From contig JBDHAC010000008.1 of the NCBI GenBank assembly GCA_039588275.1, forward strand, positions 32,001 to 96,000: a stretch of 64,000 bases of DNA, written 5' to 3'. The first letter of the stretch is position 1. Each line of letters begins with the position of its first letter. A model generated the notes under the pieces. It was not told where the DNA came from and did no database searches. It saw nothing but the letters and a program-made list of their open reading frames with translations. The DNA is from Gemmatimonadota bacterium (GTDB taxonomy: Bacteria > Gemmatimonadota > Gemmatimonadetes > Palauibacterales > Palauibacteraceae). This document shows positions 30,835 to 39,491 of this stretch, piece by piece. The position numbers and the translations under genes are program-made.

Positions 30835-30863
30835 TTTCGCTATGTGAATGTTGCATTTACATT
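30835..30863 (+). promoter_or_regulatory. putative mre operon promoter overlapped by a palindromic operator
   Basis: TTTCGC-N17-TACATT; inverted repeat ATGTGAATG-TTG-CATTTACAT at 30842-30862. Confidence 0.55.
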
Positions 30864-31057
30864 GGGCGTTCCGCACGATCGGACGGTCCTCCGGGCCGGC
30901 ATCGCGGGACGGAACGGCCTCCCGGGGCCCGTGTGGAGCCGTCTCGGGTGCGCCGCGATGCGCCGGCATCGCGGGCTCGCGCCGTGACTATCAGGGGGAC
31001 ACCCCCGAAGTGCACGGGTCTTGCGAGGTGGAGGTCGGGAAGGAGGAGGAGGAGGCG

Positions 31058-31114
31058 ATGGACACGAACCGGCGACGATCCGGGCGGCGCCCTGCCGCCA
31101 TGCCCATTCTCTGA
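31058..31114 (+). CDS. putative 18-aa leader peptide MDTNRRRSGRRPAAMPIL
   Basis: (AGG)5 at 31041-31055 before ATG; TGA overlaps the mreB ATG (TGATG). Confidence 0.55.
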   Translation: MDTNRRRSGRRPAAMPIL

Positions 31115-32148
31115 TGGCCAAGTGGTCCCTGCGCGGCAGTCTCCTGCCGATCAACAACATCGGGGTCGACCTCGGTACCGCGAACACCCTCATCTACGTC
31201 GAGGGCGAGGGCATCGTCATGAACGAGCCCTCGGTCGTCGCGGTCGAAAAGGACTCGGGACGAATCAAGGGAATCGGTCTCGAGGCCAAGCGCATGCTGG
31301 GGCGTACGCCGGCCGCCATCGAGGCCGTTCGGCCGCTCAAGGATGGCGTGATCGCGGATGTCGACATCACCGAGATCATGCTCCGCTACTTCCTCAAGAC
31401 CGTGACGGCGAACCGGGTCTTCAAGATCCGACCGCGAATCGTGGTCGGCGTGCCCTCGGGCATCACGGAGCTCGAGCGCCGCGCCGTGAGATCCAGCGCG
31501 CACGCCGCGGGAGCCAAAGAGGTCTACATGGTCTCAGAGCCCATGGCCGCCGCGATCGGCGTGGGGCTCCCGGTCGAGACCCCCACGGGGAACATGGTGA
31601 TCGACGTGGGTGGGGGCACGACCGAGATCGCCGTGATCGCGCTCGCAGGCTCCGTGGCCGACACCTCCATCCGGGTGGGGGGTGATGAGATGGACGCCGC
31701 CATCCTCGGCTTCCTCCGGAAGAACTACAACCTCCTCATCGGAGAGCCGACCGCCGAGGCGATCAAGATCCAGATCGGCTCCGCCTACCCGATCGACGAG
31801 GAAAGGGAGATGATGGTCAAGGGTCGTGACCTCGTCTCCGGCATACCGAAGACCGTCCGCGTGCACTCGGCGGAGATTCGCGAGTGCATGCAGGAGCCGA
31901 TTCAACAGATCGTCGGCGCGGTGCGCAGGGCACTCGAGATCACTCCCCCCGAGTTGGCGTCGGATATCGTGGACCGCGGGATCGTGATGACGGGGGGCGG
32001 CGCGCTCGTGCGGGGTCTCGACATTCTGCTGCGCGAGGAGACCGGGTTGCCGATCCATGTGGACGAGGAGCCTCTCACCTGCGTCGTACGCGGGTGCGGT
32101 CGAATCCTCGACGATCTGGATCGTTATCGAGGTGTCCTCGCGACCTGA
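31114..32148 (+). CDS. mreB: rod shape-determining actin MreB
   Basis: GVDLGTANT, EPSVVA, PLKDGVIAD, DVGGGTTE, TGGGAL. Confidence 0.97.
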   Translation: MAKWSLRGSLLPINNIGVDLGTANTLIYVEGEGIVMNEPSVVAVEKDSGRIKGIGLEAKRMLGRTPAAIEAVRPLKDGVIADVDITEIMLRYFLKTVTANRVFKIRPRIVVGVPSGITELERRAVRSSAHAAGAKEVYMVSEPMAAAIGVGLPVETPTGNMVIDVGGGTTEIAVIALAGSVADTSIRVGGDEMDAAILGFLRKNYNLLIGEPTAEAIKIQIGSAYPIDEEREMMVKGRDLVSGIPKTVRVHSAEIRECMQEPIQQIVGAVRRALEITPPELASDIVDRGIVMTGGGALVRGLDILLREETGLPIHVDEEPLTCVVRGCGRILDDLDRYRGVLAT

Positions 32149-32187
32149 GCCCGGGCTTCTTCAGCAACCCGCCGGAATGGAGCGCGG

Positions 32188-33006
32188 ATGCCGTATCTGG
32201 AGGCGAATCGGCGAGGACGTACGCGAGCGGATCTGATCGCGGTCCTGGTCCTACTCGCCGCCGGGGGTCTGGTCGCGGCCCTTTCGCCTGGACAGCAAGC
32301 CGGACTCGCATCGCTCGTTCGAAGCTCGGCCCTGTATCCCTTCCTCCAGCTCCACCGCGCCTCGTCTGAGCGCGCGAGCCTCCAGCGGCGCGCCGCTGCT
32401 CTACGCGCCGAGCGGGACAGCCTCGTCACGGAATTGGCCGAATATCGCAGGCTGGCCGAGCAGGGTGCGCAGCTCCGCTCCGGAGTCGGCCTCGCCGGGC
32501 CGGCGGTTGGGTCCTTCGCCGCTGCCGAGGTCTACCCGGGGCGTCCACGGATCGGTGACTCCAACGAATTCGTGTTGCGTGGACAACAGCTGGTCGACGT
32601 GACCCTCCCCGCGGGAGTGTTCACGGGCCGAGGCCTGGTCGGTGTCGCGCGCGCGCGCCACATAGCCGGGGTCCGGGGGGAGTTCTGGAGCCATCCCGAC
32701 TTTCGGATCAGCGTCCAGACCGAGGACGGCGCGATCACAGGGATCGTCCGTCCGTTCCGAGGGGAGGGCGGCCAGCCGATCATGCTGTTAGAGGGCGCGC
32801 CGTTCCAGAGCGAGCTCCCGCCCGGGGTGCACCTCGTCACCACGGGCGTGGCCGGCATCTACCCGCCGGGAATCCTGGTGGGCACGATTCGAGAGCGAGG
32901 AGAAGAGGAATCCGGTTGGATGAAGCGATACTACGTCGAACCGGCGGTCAGACCTGAGGATGCGGACGTCGTGCTCGTATGGCGACGGCCCACGCTCGGC
33001 CCGTAG
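32188..33006 (+). CDS. mreC: rod shape-determining protein MreC
   Basis: N-terminal TM, coiled coil, GLVG, VTTG.AGIYPPGILVG; operon position. Confidence 0.9.
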   Translation: MPYLEANRRGRTRADLIAVLVLLAAGGLVAALSPGQQAGLASLVRSSALYPFLQLHRASSERASLQRRAAALRAERDSLVTELAEYRRLAEQGAQLRSGVGLAGPAVGSFAAAEVYPGRPRIGDSNEFVLRGQQLVDVTLPAGVFTGRGLVGVARARHIAGVRGEFWSHPDFRISVQTEDGAITGIVRPFRGEGGQPIMLLEGAPFQSELPPGVHLVTTGVAGIYPPGILVGTIRERGEEESGWMKRYYVEPAVRPEDADVVLVWRRPTLGP

Positions 33007-33018
33007 GCGATTATCTCG

Positions 33019-33489
33019 ATGCGCGGGAACACCAACCTGGGCGCGTGGGTGCTGGTGGTACTGGTGCTGCTGCTGCACTTCGCTCTCCATCCCGTGCTCT
33101 CCGGCTGGCCCGCGGGGCCCGACCTGCTCGCGGGAGGTCTCCTCCTCGGCTCCCTACAGCTGCGAGCCGGTCAGGCGGCGGGCTTCGGGTTCGCGCTCGG
33201 ACTTCTGGAGGCTTCCATGGCGCTCAGCGGACTCGGGACGTTGATGCTCGTGTTCACGCTGACGGGCTACGTGGGAGCGCGGCTGCGCGATCTGTTCTAT
33301 TCGGACTCGGCCCGCTTCGTTCCTACATTCCTGGTCGTGGGGGTGTTGCTCATACAGTGGGTCGTCGCCGCTCTCGTGAACTGGCCCCCCGAGGCGCGTT
33401 TCCTGCTCATCCATGCTCCGCTGGCGGCGGTCGCCACGGCTGCGGTCTGCTGGGTGGGTGAGCGCATCGTATCGTTCTTCTTCGCGTAG
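33019..33489 (+). CDS. mreD: rod shape-determining protein MreD
   Basis: Small polytopic protein, PDLL, GFALGLLE; between mreC and mrdA. Confidence 0.85.
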   Translation: MRGNTNLGAWVLVVLVLLLHFALHPVLSGWPAGPDLLAGGLLLGSLQLRAGQAAGFGFALGLLEASMALSGLGTLMLVFTLTGYVGARLRDLFYSDSARFVPTFLVVGVLLIQWVVAALVNWPPEARFLLIHAPLAAVATAAVCWVGERIVSFFFA

Positions 33490-33544
33490 CGGCGGCTGGT
33501 AAAGGTGGGGAGGACACCGTGATGGACCGGCGAGGTGAAAGGTG

Positions 33545-35386
33545 ATGACGGACAGTCGTCGACTCGCGTTGAGACGGCAGCGCGGACGGATCGCCCTCGC
33601 CGGTCTGGCCGTCGTCCTAGCCATCCTCCTATCGACGTTCTTCCGGCTACAGATTCTCAGGAGCAGCCAATACCAGCTTCGCTCGCAGGAGAATCGGCTG
33701 CGGGCCATCGGTGTTCCGGCCCCGCGCGGGACGATCTACGACCGCAACGGCCTCGTGCTGGCCGAGAACGTGCCGGGGTACGTCATCTCGCTCCTACCCG
33801 GTCCGCGCGATACTGTCGCCGCCACCCTCCGTCGACTCAGACCGCACCTCGACATCGGTCCGGAGGAGGAAGAAGAGCTTCTCGAAGAAACCCTCGCCCG
33901 ACCTAACGACCCACTGGTTCTTCGCGACAACGCCACGTTCGAGCAGGTGGCGTTCATCGAGCAACGCCGCCCGGAATTCCGCCGAGTTGTCGTCGAGATG
34001 CGACCACACCGGCAGTACCCCGCCGGACCCGCGATCGCGCACCTGATCGGTTACGTGAACGAGATCTCGGAGACCGAGCTCGAACAGCCTCGCTACGAGG
34101 GCTACGAGCCCGGACGTGAGATCGGCAAGGACGGGATCGAGCGGCAGTACGAGGGTCAGCTGGCCGGTGACCCGGGGGTTCGCTACGTCGAGGTCAATGC
34201 ATTGGGCTCGATCGTGCGGGAATTCGATGGAGGGTTCGGCGACCCCGCGGATCCGGGTCAGGACCTCCAGCTGGGGATCGATCTCGAGCTCCAGGTCATG
34301 ACGGATTCCATCTTCCCGGAAGGGATGCGCGGAGGCGTGGTGGCCCTCGAGCCTCGCACGGGCGAGGTGCTCGTCCTGTACAGCCACCCGACGTTCGATC
34401 CCAACCGCTTCGTCGGCGGAATCCCGACGACCTTGTGGAACTCTCTTCGCGACGACCCCGACAAGCCGCTGCTGAACCGCGCAAGCGCATCGGCCTACCC
34501 GCCCGGCTCGACCTGGAAGCTGGCCATGTCGACCATCGGTATGAAAACAGGTGCGTTGTCCATCGACTCGTACATGCCGCAGATCTGCACGGGAGCTCTC
34601 GCGTACGGGAATCGGACGTTCCACTGCTGGCGGCCCGGCGGGCACGGCAGGCTCGATCTGTCCGGGGCGATCAAGGAGAGCTGCAACGTCTACTTCTACC
34701 AGGCCGGACAGCGGATCGGCCTCGACGCGCTCACCGAAGGGGCCGCTGCGCTCGGGTTCAACCAGCCGACCGGTATCGATCTGCCGTACGAGACGCGGGG
34801 ACTGTTCCCCGAATCGCGCGAGTGGTTCGATCAGCGGTACGGCACGCGCGGGTGGACGGAGTCGGTGGTCTGGAATCTCGCCATCGGCCAGGGCGAGAAC
34901 CAGCAGTCGCTGCTGCGCCAGGCCCTCTTCTACACGGCTCTGGCGACGGGTGAGCCACCCATTCCGCCGCATCTCGCGCGGAGCGAGGTGCTGGCGGAAC
35001 GCAGGGTGTCCTGGGAGCTGGGGTTGCCCGAGGCGCGCCGCCGCGAGTTGTTGGAGGCGATGATCCGCGTCGCCAACGAGCCCCGTGGGACCGCGTACGG
35101 CTTCCGGCTGGCTCGCTGGACCCTGGCGGGCAAGACGGGAACGGCTCAGAATCCGCACGGCGAGCCGCATTCGTGGTTCGTGGGCTTCGCTCCCGCATAC
35201 GATCCCCGGATCGTCATCGCCGCGATCGTGGAACAGGGTCACCCGGACGGAACCGTTTCGCTCGCCGTCCCGCTCGCGTCGCGAATCGTCGACCGCTATC
35301 TGGAATCGATCGGACTGCCACCCGAGCCGGGAAGACTGCAGATCGCGTCGTCACCGACGCCCTCGGCAGGGCGTCAGGAGCCTTGA
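33545..35386 (+). CDS. mrdA: penicillin-binding protein 2
   Basis: APRGTIYDRNG, SxxK (PPGSTWK), SCN, KTGTAQ. Confidence 0.95.
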   Translation: MTDSRRLALRRQRGRIALAGLAVVLAILLSTFFRLQILRSSQYQLRSQENRLRAIGVPAPRGTIYDRNGLVLAENVPGYVISLLPGPRDTVAATLRRLRPHLDIGPEEEEELLEETLARPNDPLVLRDNATFEQVAFIEQRRPEFRRVVVEMRPHRQYPAGPAIAHLIGYVNEISETELEQPRYEGYEPGREIGKDGIERQYEGQLAGDPGVRYVEVNALGSIVREFDGGFGDPADPGQDLQLGIDLELQVMTDSIFPEGMRGGVVALEPRTGEVLVLYSHPTFDPNRFVGGIPTTLWNSLRDDPDKPLLNRASASAYPPGSTWKLAMSTIGMKTGALSIDSYMPQICTGALAYGNRTFHCWRPGGHGRLDLSGAIKESCNVYFYQAGQRIGLDALTEGAAALGFNQPTGIDLPYETRGLFPESREWFDQRYGTRGWTESVVWNLAIGQGENQQSLLRQALFYTALATGEPPIPPHLARSEVLAERRVSWELGLPEARRRELLEAMIRVANEPRGTAYGFRLARWTLAGKTGTAQNPHGEPHSWFVGFAPAYDPRIVIAAIVEQGHPDGTVSLAVPLASRIVDRYLESIGLPPEPGRLQIASSPTPSAGRQEP

Positions 35387-36597
35387 TGCTCGGCCGTCTC
35401 CGCGGGATCAACGACCCGGCGCTGCTCGCACTCCAGATGCTGCTCGCGCTGCTGGGGATCGCGATGATCTATTCGGCCGGGCAGGTCGAGGTCCCTTCGG
35501 TCGCGACCGGAATCTGGACGCGCCAGCTCATGTGGCTGGGGATCGCTCTGGTCGCCTTCTGGGTGGCCACGCGGGTTCCGGCTCGTTGGCTGGAATGGTT
35601 CGCGCCCTGGTTGTACGCGCTCGCCATCCTGCTTCTCATCGTCGTCCTGGCCATCGGAACGGGTCCGAACACGCGCAGTTGGCTCGAGCTTGGACCTGCG
35701 CGATTGCAGCCGGCGGAGGTAGCCAAGCTTGCCACGATTCTCATGCTCGCGAGGCTGTTGAGCGGCAAAGACCAGGACTTCGCGGGCTTGTCCCGGCTCT
35801 GGAAGCCCGTCGCGGTCGTCGTCGTTCCCTTCGCGCTCGTCCTTCTTCAGCCCGACCTCGGGAGCGCCGTGATCTTCGGCGTAATCCTGATCGCGGCTCT
35901 CTTCTGGGCGGGAGTTCCACTCGTCAAGATCTTCCTGCTCGTGAGCCCCGCGGTGAGCCTGCTGCTGGGGTTCAATTGGGTGGTTTGGGGGGCCTGGTTC
36001 ATCATCATCGCGGTGTTCCTGTATTTTCACCGGCCGTTCATCCTCGAATCGATCGGGGTGATCCTCGCGAACTTCGCGGCCGGCGCTCTCACCGCCCCGC
36101 TGTGGAACAGCCTCGCCCCGTACCAGCAGAACAGACTTCTCGTGTTCCTCAACCCGGAGATCGACGCGCGTGGCGCGGGCTGGCACCTCATCCAGTCCAA
36201 AGTCGCGATAGGTTCGGGCGGACTCTTCGGACAGGGGTTCGCACAGGGGACGCAGAAGCGCCTCGCGTTCCTGCCCGAGCAGCACACGGACTTCCTGGGC
36301 TCCGTGATCGGTGAGGAGCTGGGGTTCGTTGGGGTCGTATTCGTCCTGGCGCTGTTCGCTCTCCTGCTGTGGCGGTTGGTGCGAATCGCGGTCGCCGCGA
36401 GCGACGACTTCGGCAGCACGGTGGTGTTCTGCCTGTCGGCCGTCGTCTTCGCCCACCTCGTAGTCAACCTCGGGATGACGGTAGGACTCATGCCCATTAC
36501 CGGACTGCCGCTCCCTCTCCTCAGCTACGGCGGCAGCTTTCTCCTTCTCCTGTTCACCGGCCTCGGCATCACACAGCAGATCGCCGGGCAACGCTGA
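35386..36597 (+). CDS. rodA: SEDS glycosyltransferase RodA
   Basis: LQPAEVAK, QPDLGSA, AIGSGG, LPEQHTDF, LSYGGS; TGATG coupling to mrdA. Confidence 0.95.
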   Translation: MLGRLRGINDPALLALQMLLALLGIAMIYSAGQVEVPSVATGIWTRQLMWLGIALVAFWVATRVPARWLEWFAPWLYALAILLLIVVLAIGTGPNTRSWLELGPARLQPAEVAKLATILMLARLLSGKDQDFAGLSRLWKPVAVVVVPFALVLLQPDLGSAVIFGVILIAALFWAGVPLVKIFLLVSPAVSLLLGFNWVVWGAWFIIIAVFLYFHRPFILESIGVILANFAAGALTAPLWNSLAPYQQNRLLVFLNPEIDARGAGWHLIQSKVAIGSGGLFGQGFAQGTQKRLAFLPEQHTDFLGSVIGEELGFVGVVFVLALFALLLWRLVRIAVAASDDFGSTVVFCLSAVVFAHLVVNLGMTVGLMPITGLPLPLLSYGGSFLLLLFTGLGITQQIAGQR

Positions 36598-36759
36598 CCT
36601 TCGGGCACTGGATGCCCTCGTTCCCGGGTTCGCCGAGCGGCGCGGCACGCGGTATATTCGCGCGCTGGCGGCGGGGGCCGTAGCGGAGCTTTAGACCCGG
36701 CGCCGAGCGTGGGCGCTCTACGCTTCGACCCCCGGTGCGCCCATCCACCTGGAGGACTC

Positions 36760-37596
36760 GTGTCCTGGTTCAAGAAGCCGAAGCAGAAGCTCGTCTCGCA
36801 GAAGCGCGAGCTCCCGAGCGAGGTATGGGACAAGTGCGAAGGGTGTGGCGAGATCCTGTACAGCGGACGTCTGGAGGAAAACGCGTTCGTGTGCCCCGCC
36901 TGCGGGCACCACTTCCGCTTCAGCGCCGAGCAGTACGAGCACCTGCTGCTCGATGACGACGAGCTCCTGGAGCCGTACGACACCAACCTACGATCCGCCG
37001 ACCCGCTCGGGTTCCAGGACTCGAAGGCCTACACCGATCGAATCCGGGCCGCAGAGGAGCGAGCGGGGAGCCTGGAAGCGATCCGCACGGGGCTCGGACG
37101 CATCGAGGGGAGGGAAGTCCACCTCGGAACCATGGATTTCCGGTTCATCGGTGGCTCCATGGGTTCCGTCGTCGGCGAGAAGATCCGACGCCTCGCGGAG
37201 CGCTCGGTGGAGTCTTCGAGACCGTTGATCATCCTCTCGGCATCCGGGGGCGCCCGTATGCAGGAGGGCATCCTGTCGCTCATGCAGATGGCGAAGACGG
37301 CGGCGGCTCTCGAGCGCCTGGCAGAGGTTCGCGTGCCGTACATCAGCGTGTTGACCAATCCCACCACGGGCGGTGTGACGGCATCGTACGCGATGCTCGG
37401 CGATGTAATCCTCGCGGAGCCCGGCGCTCTGATCGGGTTCGCGGGACCCCGCGTCATCAAAGAGACGATTCGACAGGATCTTCCGGAAGGATTCCAGCGC
37501 GCTGAGTTCCTCGAAGAGCACGGCATGGTGGACCGAATCGTCCCGCGCCCCGAGCTCCGTCGCGCAATCGCCCGGGTCCTCCACCACATGTGCTGA
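36760..37596 (+). CDS. accD: acetyl-CoA carboxylase carboxyltransferase beta subunit
   Basis: C4 zinc finger, GGSMGSVVGEK, SGGARMQEG, FAGPRVI; GGAGG SD. Confidence 0.96.
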   Translation: MSWFKKPKQKLVSQKRELPSEVWDKCEGCGEILYSGRLEENAFVCPACGHHFRFSAEQYEHLLLDDDELLEPYDTNLRSADPLGFQDSKAYTDRIRAAEERAGSLEAIRTGLGRIEGREVHLGTMDFRFIGGSMGSVVGEKIRRLAERSVESSRPLIILSASGGARMQEGILSLMQMAKTAAALERLAEVRVPYISVLTNPTTGGVTASYAMLGDVILAEPGALIGFAGPRVIKETIRQDLPEGFQRAEFLEEHGMVDRIVPRPELRRAIARVLHHMC

Positions 37597-37613
37597 GTCG
37601 CGGGGCATCCCGG

Positions 37614-38948
37614 ATGGAAGCGGGGCACCTCGAGCCCGACGCGCAGTTGAGCGCCGTCGAGCGACTTCTGGCAGGCCGGCCGTTGACCACCGCGCGCTGG
37701 GGTCTGGAGCGCATCCAGGCGATGCTGGTGGGTCTGGGTCGTCCGGATCGGACATTCGATTCGCTCCACATCGCCGGGACGAACGGGAAGGGGTCGACGG
37801 CCACCGTGGCGGCGTCCATTCTGACGGCGGCAGGCCGGCGGACCGGACTGTACACGTCACCCCACCTCGTTGATGTGCGGGAGCGGTTTCAAGCCGATGG
37901 AGCGCCCGTACCAGACGAGATCTTGAACCAGTGCGCGGACCAGCTCCTCCCCTTCGCGGAGCAGACAGGCGCCACCTTCTTCGAGGCGACCACGGCGCTC
38001 GCCTTCCTCTGCTTTGCGGAGCTGGAACTGGAGTGGGCCGTCGTCGAGACTGGACTGGGCGGACGCCTCGACGCGACCAACGTCCTCCAACCCATTGTGT
38101 GCGCCATCACACAAATCGACGTTGATCACACCGATTTTCTGGGTCCGACCTTGGGCGAGATCGCGGGCGAGAAGGCCGGCATCATGAAACCGGGCGTACC
38201 CACGGTCACACCGGCACTCAGCCACGAGCTGCGCCGGATCTTCGAGCAGCAGGCGCTGCTGTTGTCGACGCCTCTCCTCTCGCTCGGGCGACACGCACAC
38301 GTCGAGGACGTGAGCGTGAGTCGCGAAGTTACGTCGTTCCGATACCGCTCCAACCGCTTCGATCCAGGCCTGTCCCTGCGATCACCGTTGATCGGGCGAC
38401 ACCAGGCCGTGAATGCGGCGCTCGCGGTGCTCATGCTCGAGCAGGCGGTCGAGGGGTTGGATGCGGACCACGTCAGGATCGGAGTTGAAGAGGCGCGACT
38501 CGCCGGGCGTCTCCAGAGGCTCGAGATCGACGGGCAAGAGTGGATTCTGGATATCGCGCACAACCTGGCGGGGGTGGAGGCGCTCCTCGTGACCGTGGTG
38601 GATCTGTCCCCTCCGAAACCGTGGATGTTCCTGGTTGCAATCTTGCGGGACAAGCCCTGGCAGCGGATGGTGCAGAAGATCGCCGAGGCCGCCGATGCGA
38701 TGATCCTTACGGTCGCGCCATCGGCCCCGGCCGACCGACGCTGGGATTTCGAAGACGTGCAGGACTGGGCGGCGAGCACGATCTCGGGGCTGCCCGGCGC
38801 GAGGTCCTTCGAGCTCGAGCCGAACATGGATCTGGCTATCGACCGGGCGGGCGAACTATCGGGGGAAGGGACGGTAATAGTCACAGGGTCCGCCCACACC
38901 GTGGGCGATGTATTAACCAGACTCGAGGACCGTGCGGTACCCGAATAG
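37614..38948 (+). CDS. folC: folylpolyglutamate/dihydrofolate synthase
   Basis: HIAGTNGKGST, YTSPHL, ETGLGGRLDATNV, DIAHN; start 37614 or 37590. Confidence 0.95.
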   Translation: MEAGHLEPDAQLSAVERLLAGRPLTTARWGLERIQAMLVGLGRPDRTFDSLHIAGTNGKGSTATVAASILTAAGRRTGLYTSPHLVDVRERFQADGAPVPDEILNQCADQLLPFAEQTGATFFEATTALAFLCFAELELEWAVVETGLGGRLDATNVLQPIVCAITQIDVDHTDFLGPTLGEIAGEKAGIMKPGVPTVTPALSHELRRIFEQQALLLSTPLLSLGRHAHVEDVSVSREVTSFRYRSNRFDPGLSLRSPLIGRHQAVNAALAVLMLEQAVEGLDADHVRIGVEEARLAGRLQRLEIDGQEWILDIAHNLAGVEALLVTVVDLSPPKPWMFLVAILRDKPWQRMVQKIAEAADAMILTVAPSAPADRRWDFEDVQDWAASTISGLPGARSFELEPNMDLAIDRAGELSGEGTVIVTGSAHTVGDVLTRLEDRAVPE

Positions 38949-38964
38949 GACAACAGGGAGGGAT

Positions 38965-39393
38965 ATGCTGTACGAACCAACGTTGGTCCAACCGATGCGG
39001 GATGAGCTGACACGAATCGGCGTCCAAGAGCTCCGTACCGCCGAAGATGTGGATGAGGTGATCGGGCGCGCCGAGGGCACGACGCTCATCGTCGTCAACT
39101 CCGTTTGCGGGTGCGCCGCGCGAAACGCCAGACCCGCCGTGGCGCTGGCGATGGAGTATGCGGTACAGCCAAACCGCGTCGTGACCGTGTTCGCGGGACA
39201 GGACATCGAAGCAACCGCACGTGCACGAGAATACTTCGTCGGCTATCGACCATCATCACCGTCACTCGCGTTGCTGCGGGATGGCGACCTCGTGTTCATG
39301 CTGGAGCGTCATCAGATCGAGGGTCGGGAGGCGGCAGACATCTCCCACGACGTCACGAAGGCCTACGATGAGTTCTGCGCGTCCGTGATCTGA
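38965..39393 (+). CDS. BrxA/BrxB (YphP/YqiW, DUF1094) bacilliredoxin
   Basis: QPMRDELT, VVNSVCGCAARNARP, TVFAGQD, PSSPS, RHQIEGR. Confidence 0.92.
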   Translation: MLYEPTLVQPMRDELTRIGVQELRTAEDVDEVIGRAEGTTLIVVNSVCGCAARNARPAVALAMEYAVQPNRVVTVFAGQDIEATARAREYFVGYRPSSPSLALLRDGDLVFMLERHQIEGREAADISHDVTKAYDEFCASVI

Positions 39394-39415
39394 CCCGATC
39401 CGCAATCGGAATCGC

Positions 39416-39451
39416 GGTCCTCCCGACTCACCGGCCGGGGGGGCCTTTTTT
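39416..39451 (+). terminator. rho-independent terminator
   Basis: GGTCCTCCCG...CGGGGGGGCC stem with G-U pairs, followed by TTTTTT. Confidence 0.75.
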
Positions 39452-39491
39452 CTTGCCGGGGTTCGAGCGGCACCGGTACATTGCCCGCCCT

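Noticed and set aside
30848..31057. 88-aa extension of the mreB uORF frame from ATG 30848
   Set aside because: ATG lies inside the putative promoter/operator with no SD; only ATG 31058 has translation signals
36672..36750. tRNA/tmRNA-like look upstream of accD (GGGGCCGTAGC...TTCGACCCC...CCA)
   Set aside because: T-stem and acceptor stem do not pair; no cloverleaf can be built; more likely a 5' UTR hairpin
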